In this document: positions 57,801 to 64,000 of the stretch, one piece after another
How positions within the stretch are numbered: the stretch's first letter is position 1
Layout: every line of letters starts with the position of its first letter
DNA from: Candidatus Poribacteria bacterium
GTDB taxonomy: Bacteria; Poribacteria; WGA-4E; PCPOR2b
Direction of reading: 5' to 3'
DNA: 64,000 bases
NCBI GenBank assembly: GCA_965215015.1
Contig: OZ244042.1
Coordinates: forward strand, 1,856,001-1,920,000
Translations under genes and position numbers: made by a program
Notes under the pieces: generated by a model
Seen by the model: only the letters and a program-made list of their open reading frames with translations
The model's database searches: none
Told to the model about the DNA's origin: nothing

Positions 57801-58502
57801 TTAGTCCCTCCACAAAGCGAGCCCACCCAATAAACCAGCAACGTTGGGCACTATTTTGACATTCGCAGGAAGGTTAAACGTAATCTTCTGAGCATTGCCC
57901 CCACCGATGTAAAGGGTATCGTAGTTAAATAGGTGCTCAAGAGAAGCAATCGCTTGCATCACACGCCGTTGCCATTTTTTTCTGCCGGCTTTTTCTAGCG
58001 CAGCATTTCCTAAATGCTCCTCGTAGGTCTTACCACCACGAAATGAGTGATGTGCAGCTTCGAGGTTGGGAACCAGTTTTCCGTCCAGAAACAGAGCAGA
58101 TCCAAAGCCGGTCCCTAGTGTGACAACCAATTCCACACCCCGGCCGGAAATTGCACCGAACCCCTGAACATCAGCATCGTTCAAGACACGCACGGGTTTG
58201 TCCAGTTTTGTGGATAATGCTTCTTCCAAATTGAACCCAATCCAATCCTTGTGAAGGTTCACTGCTGTTTCAGTCACACCTTTACGGATCACACCGGGAA
58301 AGCCGACCGATACGCGGTCAAAGCCCGACTGTTTCTTGGCTAGCTTGATGATTGCTTTGAGAACGGGACCTGGTTTAGCAGGCCGTGGTGTTGACACGCG
58401 CCTCCGGCTACCTATCGGATCTCCTTTTGCATCCAGAACCATTGCTTTGATACCACTGCCACCTATATCAACTGTCAAAGTTTTCTGATCAGCCATTGTC
58501 AT
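57801..58502 (-). CDS. ppgK: Polyphosphate glucokinase-like ROK family kinase
   Basis: VDIGGSGIK, VGFPG, LNDAD, TLGTGFGSALF..G.LVPNLE, YIGGGNA. Confidence 0.82.
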   Translation of the reverse strand: MTMADQKTLTVDIGGSGIKAMVLDAKGDPIGSRRRVSTPRPAKPGPVLKAIIKLAKKQSGFDRVSVGFPGVIRKGVTETAVNLHKDWIGFNLEEALSTKLDKPVRVLNDADVQGFGAISGRGVELVVTLGTGFGSALFLDGKLVPNLEAAHHSFRGGKTYEEHLGNAALEKAGRKKWQRRVMQAIASLEHLFNYDTLYIGGGNAQKITFNLPANVKIVPNVAGLLGGLALWRD

Positions 58503-58605
58503 CAGGCCTCCCTTTGAGTTTACTAAGCATCTGTGAAAGCATAGGCTACATCAAAAAAGCCTTGCTGTGTATTTGTATTGGTTGTGCCTATCCTCCACCC
58601 AACTG

Positions 58606-59394
58606 TCAAGCGGGGACAATATGTGCTCGGTCAGGACGAAGCCGCTTTTTCAATTCGCGGTCATAATCTCGCTTAGTATCCGCCTGATTCTGGGGCAAAC
58701 CAATCTCCACGCCCGCCGCCGTGAAGGTAATAACCATCGCCTTACGAGGAGCAGTATCCACATTGACTGATGCACCGTGCACCATCCCAGTGGTCAAGAC
58801 ACTCGCTTGTCCGGCTCGTGCCACCACAGGAATTGCATCGGCGTAATCAAGGGCAGGAAGCCCATCCAGTGAAACCCCTGCGACGAGTGGAACGCTGCCT
58901 TTCAATTCCGGTTGATTCTCTCTGTATTTAGCTATCAGCCGATGGCTGCCGGGACGATACATCAACGGTGCTCGCTGTTCCGTCACATCGTCTATCCACA
59001 GAAAATAGGTGCAAACCATGCGTCTGGGAGTGGCGTCGAGATCCGAAAGGCAGTACTGAATATCCACATGTTGGTCGAAACTGAAGGGAGTGCTTAGTGA
59101 TGGGTAAGTCGTTACGATGGCAGTTTGAAAGAAGCGTATTTCATCAGCTCGCAGAACGCGCTTTGCTACCGCTTCAAAAAATGGATGCTGGATAATATCT
59201 AACAATTCCGGCTCGTAGAAGCTACACGTTGTACTGACCCGGTAGCGCGGTTTTTCTCCTACCTCCAGTTCATTGAACGGGAGTAGACGATCAAATACGG
59301 CTGATGCCGCTGCGATCTGCTGTTGCGTCAGCGGCGTATCAATTGTCACGGCTCCCATCTCTGAAAACTGTTGAATTTCTTGCTCGGTAATCAT
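58606..59394 (-). CDS. PhyH-family Fe(II)/2-oxoglutarate dioxygenase
   Basis: HVD, PGSH, distal HG, R motifs. Confidence 0.85.
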   Translation of the reverse strand: MITEQEIQQFSEMGAVTIDTPLTQQQIAAASAVFDRLLPFNELEVGEKPRYRVSTTCSFYEPELLDIIQHPFFEAVAKRVLRADEIRFFQTAIVTTYPSLSTPFSFDQHVDIQYCLSDLDATPRRMVCTYFLWIDDVTEQRAPLMYRPGSHRLIAKYRENQPELKGSVPLVAGVSLDGLPALDYADAIPVVARAGQASVLTTGMVHGASVNVDTAPRKAMVITFTAAGVEIGLPQNQADTKRDYDRELKKRLRPDRAHIVPA

Positions 59395-59642
59395 ATCGCC
59401 TCTGTTTGTCCTTTATTTATTCGGGCGGGGTAATCGCATGTAAAGATTGTGTAGGAATTAGACCGTTAAGCCTCAAAGCCTTGTCGCTCTGCGATTCATC
59501 GCCTATTGTGATGCCGGTTGAATGGCGTTACGACGAACTCAAGTGCCTAACTCCTAAATAGATGCAATTCCCCTAGCTGTTAGGGATAATCTTGTTGAAT
59601 CAAAAGTTAAAACATTATACAATAATATTGTCCTATATTATC

Positions 59643-59873
59643 TGAGGGGTGCTCACTCTGAGGGTTGCTCATAAAGGAGGCGGCACACGGCCCGTGCCGT
59701 AACCCCCACAACCGTTATGGCCTATGGCTTGGCTAACATCCAACTACCATTAAACCCCCAAACCCGTCGGTGCGGCCTCTTGCCCTATCTACTGCCTGAG
59801 CCCCTATCTGTATCCGTGCAATCTGCTGCATCCGTTTAACCTGCGATTCAAACAATAATTATGAGCCTCCTCA
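59643..59873 (-). mobile_element. Complete MITE family A in reverse orientation, with a duplicated end
   Basis: Two tandem terminal motifs at 59643 and 59659; ATGAGCCTCCTCA at 59861-59873; body matches 51653 and 3172. Confidence 0.82.
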
Positions 59874-59937
59874 TATTATCTCACACAATTGCGAAAAAAA
59901 CATATCATATTTTTAACATTTGAAAGGGACATGGACA

Positions 59938-61134
59938 ATGACAGATTCTAAGATGTTTGAAGGCCGTGCCCCGGGAGCGCACGAAGGTATGGCCGAACTA
60001 AAGGATGGACGATGGATGATGGTTTGGTCGGGCCTGAATGTTAGCTATTCTAATGACCGTGGACGAACTTGGTCGGCGAGTGAATCGCTTCAGACCCGGG
60101 ACGAGCCAATCATTGGGACAGGTGCCCCAACCTGCCTCGTACGTTTGCAGTCGAGTAAGCTCGGGCTCCTCTATGGCCGCTTTAGCGGTACAAGCGGTGG
60201 AACATTAGCCGGCTATGCACTCTGTTTTCGCACCTCCAGCAACGAAGGTGAGTCATGGTCAGAAGAAACAACAATCAACCTACCCGGCGAGACTGCGAGT
60301 AACTATCACGACGTACTCTTTCAACTCCGGTCGGGGCGCTTAGTTTTACCCACCCGGTTCTGTCCACCCTGTACATTCCCGGAATTGAAGGACGCCGGTG
60401 CTTACGGCATCTTCCAAGGGAAACGTTTCAAAACAGAGGGCCACGCTCATAGTCCGGAGATTGATACAAGCCAAGTATACTTCTCAGATGACGAGGGCAA
60501 CACCTGGAAACGTGGACCTCAGGACATCGTAATCTGGCACCAAGACGGTTTCGGCGGGATGTGGCCCTGCGATGAGCCCGGCGCAGTCCAACTCCGCGAT
60601 GGCAGACTCCTAATGATGTTCCGAACAACATTGGGACGCCTGTACCAAAGTTTCAGCAATGATGAAGGGCTCACTTGGTCCTTACCGCAGCCAACGGGGC
60701 TAGCTAGCTCATATTCACCGTGCCGACTCCGCGTCATTCCGACCACCGGAGACCTGCTCTGTGTGTGGAATCAGGTGAACGCTGACGAAGTGAGTCGCGG
60801 TTTTCGCCGATCTCGCTTATCGCTCGCCATCTCTACAGATGACGGCGGCAGCTGGGGGCACTTCAAGACACTTGAAGTTGGCGGTCCGGTGGACAGATCC
60901 GACCGCATTGACCCCGACGACGAGATCTGTATGGTTCGCGGCGAAAAAGAACTCGGTGAACTTCCAGCTGATATGATATATGTGTCGTATCCGAACGCGC
61001 ATTTCTTCGGGGAGGAAGTTGTACTGCTCTACGACTTCGGTCCCCAGCTGGATGCGTCCACAGATCCACCCTCCTGGCCCCGCTACCGCAAGATTGTCAT
61101 CCGTCCGATCGCGTGGCTGTATGAGGGTGCATAG
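59938..61134 (+). CDS. BNR/Asp-box sialidase-like protein
   Basis: SNDRGRTW, SSNEGESW, SDDEGNTW, SNDEGLTW, STDDGGSW; SYP motif. Confidence 0.88.
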   Translation: MTDSKMFEGRAPGAHEGMAELKDGRWMMVWSGLNVSYSNDRGRTWSASESLQTRDEPIIGTGAPTCLVRLQSSKLGLLYGRFSGTSGGTLAGYALCFRTSSNEGESWSEETTINLPGETASNYHDVLFQLRSGRLVLPTRFCPPCTFPELKDAGAYGIFQGKRFKTEGHAHSPEIDTSQVYFSDDEGNTWKRGPQDIVIWHQDGFGGMWPCDEPGAVQLRDGRLLMMFRTTLGRLYQSFSNDEGLTWSLPQPTGLASSYSPCRLRVIPTTGDLLCVWNQVNADEVSRGFRRSRLSLAISTDDGGSWGHFKTLEVGGPVDRSDRIDPDDEICMVRGEKELGELPADMIYVSYPNAHFFGEEVVLLYDFGPQLDASTDPPSWPRYRKIVIRPIAWLYEGA

Positions 61135-61170
61135 AAAAATTGTCACTATAAAATATAAAAGGAGTGCAAT

Positions 61171-61899
61171 ATGAAAGGTCTGACTCTAGAACAAAAAGCG
61201 CAGTATGAGCGGGATGGCTATACCATTCTTAAATCAGTCTTTTCCAAGGTGGAATGTGAAGTGTTCGTCGAGCACATGATGGGGCTTCATTCGGGACGAA
61301 AGACACTTGAAGGCTTCACCCCCCGCGAACCAAACGATTGGGGACGTACGCACAATCAGCATTTGTATGATCCGAAAGCACTGACACTGTTGATTGATTC
61401 ACGGCTGCGTCAGCCGCTTGAAGACTGTTTTGAAGATGAAGTTGAGGGTATACAAACCATGTATTTTTACAAAGGTTCTGAAGGACGGCGTCACCAGGAC
61501 CAGTGTCCTCTCCCCGGCTGCATGTCCGCTTGGCTGCCTTTGGTAGAGGTCAACGAAGGCAATGGCACCATCTATGTGCAACCCGGCTCCCATAAAGGGC
61601 AACTGGTGACGTACTGGGAAACATTGGATCAGAACGGGAAGATGGATTACGAGTATCGCCACAAGAAGACCGAAAGAATCTTTGAGGAGAACAACCGCCC
61701 TGAGATTCCCGTGATAGCTAATCAGGGCGATGCGGTGTTATTCCATGGTCGTTTGATTCATCGCGGAGGTCCAATCAAACAACCCGGTGCCCTACGCCAT
61801 GTCATGGCAAACCACTATATACCGTACCAGTTCACGGATTGGCCCCACACAAGCTGGCCCCGAATTTCCTTTAACGGTAAGCAACGCTATACCGATTGA
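61171..61899 (+). CDS. PhyH-family Fe(II)/2-oxoglutarate dioxygenase
   Basis: YERDGY, HQD, W.PL..NG, PGSH, GDAVLFH..LIH. Confidence 0.9.
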   Translation: MKGLTLEQKAQYERDGYTILKSVFSKVECEVFVEHMMGLHSGRKTLEGFTPREPNDWGRTHNQHLYDPKALTLLIDSRLRQPLEDCFEDEVEGIQTMYFYKGSEGRRHQDQCPLPGCMSAWLPLVEVNEGNGTIYVQPGSHKGQLVTYWETLDQNGKMDYEYRHKKTERIFEENNRPEIPVIANQGDAVLFHGRLIHRGGPIKQPGALRHVMANHYIPYQFTDWPHTSWPRISFNGKQRYTD

Positions 61900-62062
61900 A
61901 AAATGTGAAACGTAAGAGATAGTTTCTACCGTGAGGTTTTAAATCGGGGCTCATGGACAAAGAAAGTGCAAAACATGAAGAGCCCCCGAGATTTACGGAG
62001 AAACTCGGGAGCTGTTGCACGATTTCTCAACATGAGCGAGATCGGATACAAAGGTTTCAACA

Positions 62063-63796
62063 CTACAAGGGCTTGTCCCCAAACTGCGCTTTGTAAAGCC
62101 GCGCGTATAGTCCATCCTGTGACAGCAGCTCGAAGTGTCTGCCAAGTTCGACAATTCGATTGTCAGCCAATACAGCAATTCGATCTGCAAATCTGATGGT
62201 CGCAAGTCGATGGGCGATAATCAGCGTGGTACGCCCGTGCAGTAGATTTATTAAACTCTGCTGGATCAGCTGTTCTGATTCTGTATCGACAGAAGAGGTT
62301 GCTTCATCAAGGATGAGGATGGGCGGATCTTTCAGAACGGCACGCGCAATTGAGACCCGTTGTTTTTGCCCACCGGAGAGACGCATGCCGCGCTCCCCAA
62401 CAACGCTGTCAAAGCGGTCCGGTAGACCCATAATGAAGTCGTAGATGTTGGCGGATTTCGCCGCCATTTCAATTTCCGTTTGTGTTGCGTTCAATTTGCC
62501 GTAGGCGATATTCTCTCCGATTGTTCCGTTAAATAAGAACGTCTCTTGGGGCACAAGACCGATTTGACGCCGTAATGCCTGCACTTGCCAATCTCCCACA
62601 CTCACACCATCTACCTTCACCTGCCCGCCGGTTGCATCGTAGAACCTCGGCACAAGACCGACCAAGGTAGTTTTGCCGACACCACTGGGACCGACGAAAG
62701 CGATTGTCTCCCCCGGTCGAATTTTGAGGTCCACGGCTGTCAGAACAGCCTCGTCCGTATACTTGAACGAAACATTTTCAAACAGGAGCTCCCCTTTAAC
62801 CTTACCCGCCCAAGCGTTCGGGACATCTTTAATTTCAGGGGCTGTATCTAAAAGTTCCATCATCCGATCCCCGGCGGCCAGGGCCTTCTGCAACCGTTCA
62901 TTCTCGTGACTTGCCATCTCAATCGGAATGAACAATCGCCACAGAAATCCAAGAAAAATAAACAGTTGCCCGACTGTCATATCGCTTGATCCGCTGATCA
63001 TCTGCCAACCGCCGTACCACAGAATCGCTGTCCAACTCGCGCCAAGCAAAAATTGAACGGTAGGATTCAGGCGCGCCCACAGACGCACCCCCCGAATAAT
63101 TGCGTTTCGGTAATCGGCACATCGGGCGGTGAATCGCTTCTCTTCGTAGGGCTCGCGGGCAAAAGCTTGGATCTCGAAGATGCCCGAAAGGTTATCTTGC
63201 AAACGAGCGTTGACCTCCGCGAGCTCTGCACGCACATCGCGGGAAATAAGCCGCAGCTTTACACCGAAGTGAACAATCAGGGGACCCAAAATCAGAATCG
63301 GTAGGATAGTCAGGCACGCCATTTTGAAGTTGATGCTGTATAGCAAAATCGCTATTCCGATAAAAGTCAACGCCTGCACAGTAACGATATGTACCGTATG
63401 AGCGAGCATATCCCGCATCGCGTCGATGTCATTCACTACGCGCGACATCAGGTCACCGGTAGTGCTATCCTTGTGAAAACGGAACGACAGTTTCTGCAAG
63501 TGGCTATAAATCTGGGTCCGCATATCGTAAATAATCTTTTCAGCGATTTCGTGGGACAGCCATTCTGCCAACATTACCCCGATGCTCTTCACGAAATAGA
63601 TTCCAAGCAGCAGCAGCGCGATCCAGTGCAAGCGGCTGATATCTCGCTGTACAATCACCTCGTCAATAACAATCCTTCCGCTAATCCATGTTGGGACAAG
63701 ATTGCCGATGGATACAACCAACATGGCTATCAGCGAGACAACTGTGCTTTTCCAATAAGGCTTCACGTAATTCAGTAGACGGAGGTATAAATTCAT
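62063..63796 (-). CDS. ABC exporter, fused permease and ATPase (MsbA-like)
   Basis: Six TM segments, TGDLMSR, GPSGVGKTT, LSGGQKQR, ILDEATS, IAHRL. Confidence 0.95.
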   Translation of the reverse strand: MNLYLRLLNYVKPYWKSTVVSLIAMLVVSIGNLVPTWISGRIVIDEVIVQRDISRLHWIALLLLGIYFVKSIGVMLAEWLSHEIAEKIIYDMRTQIYSHLQKLSFRFHKDSTTGDLMSRVVNDIDAMRDMLAHTVHIVTVQALTFIGIAILLYSINFKMACLTILPILILGPLIVHFGVKLRLISRDVRAELAEVNARLQDNLSGIFEIQAFAREPYEEKRFTARCADYRNAIIRGVRLWARLNPTVQFLLGASWTAILWYGGWQMISGSSDMTVGQLFIFLGFLWRLFIPIEMASHENERLQKALAAGDRMMELLDTAPEIKDVPNAWAGKVKGELLFENVSFKYTDEAVLTAVDLKIRPGETIAFVGPSGVGKTTLVGLVPRFYDATGGQVKVDGVSVGDWQVQALRRQIGLVPQETFLFNGTIGENIAYGKLNATQTEIEMAAKSANIYDFIMGLPDRFDSVVGERGMRLSGGQKQRVSIARAVLKDPPILILDEATSSVDTESEQLIQQSLINLLHGRTTLIIAHRLATIRFADRIAVLADNRIVELGRHFELLSQDGLYARLYKAQFGDKPL

Positions 63797-63802
63797 TGGC
63801 GA

Positions 63803-64000
63803 TTATCCTTGCAAGAGGGGAACTTGAGACACCCTAAACTGCAATGACTCGCTGATGGCCAACCTTATCTTTTGCCGGTGGCGAATCTCGACGTTACGGT
63901 TGAGACGGTTGAGAAGTGTAAACAATAGTTCTAGGGTCTGTAGGTCTATATTCATATCTCCACACCGAAACGCTGATTTCAGCGAGGGCAGGCTCTGCAC
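63803..64000 (-). CDS. Possible 3' end of an unidentified gene upstream of the ABC exporter
   Basis: Open frame from the window edge to TAA 6 nt before the ABC start; no recognisable motif. Confidence 0.3.
   Translation of the reverse strand: MQSLPSLKSAFRCGDMNIDLQTLELLFTLLNRLNRNVEIRHRQKIRLAISESLQFRVSQVPLLQG

Overview
A 64-kb stretch of a diderm bacterial chromosome. The gene mix (many Gfo/Idh/MocA, enolase-superfamily, BNR/sialidase-like and PhyH dioxygenase genes, a double-length UvrA, dense REP/MITE-like repeats) resembles Candidatus Poribacteria or PVC-type genomes; this taxonomy is inferred, not established. The core block is DUF3108-like gene, mfd, two PrsA/PpiD-like parvulins, surA, an LptD-like gene and uvrA, flanked by catabolic genes. 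Highlights: (1) an LptD-like protein with about 400 aa of nested SurA-like parvulin domains inserted inside its beta-barrel region; (2) a cold-shock domain fused to two Hfq/Sm-like domains; (3) an ArsC-like UxxC selenoprotein gene missed by the ORF track, with a SECIS-like hairpin; (4) an unidentified structured RNA with its own promoter and terminator; (5) a VTC/CYTH-like 553-aa protein; (6) several TnpB/IS605 omega-RNA remnants and PATE-like elements, three MITE-like families and many REPs; (7) tandem near-identical 7Fe ferredoxins; (8) a G7-tract frameshifted lipoprotein behind a sigma54 promoter. No rRNA, tRNA or CRISPR array was recognised. All family calls are by motif recognition by eye; no database search was run.
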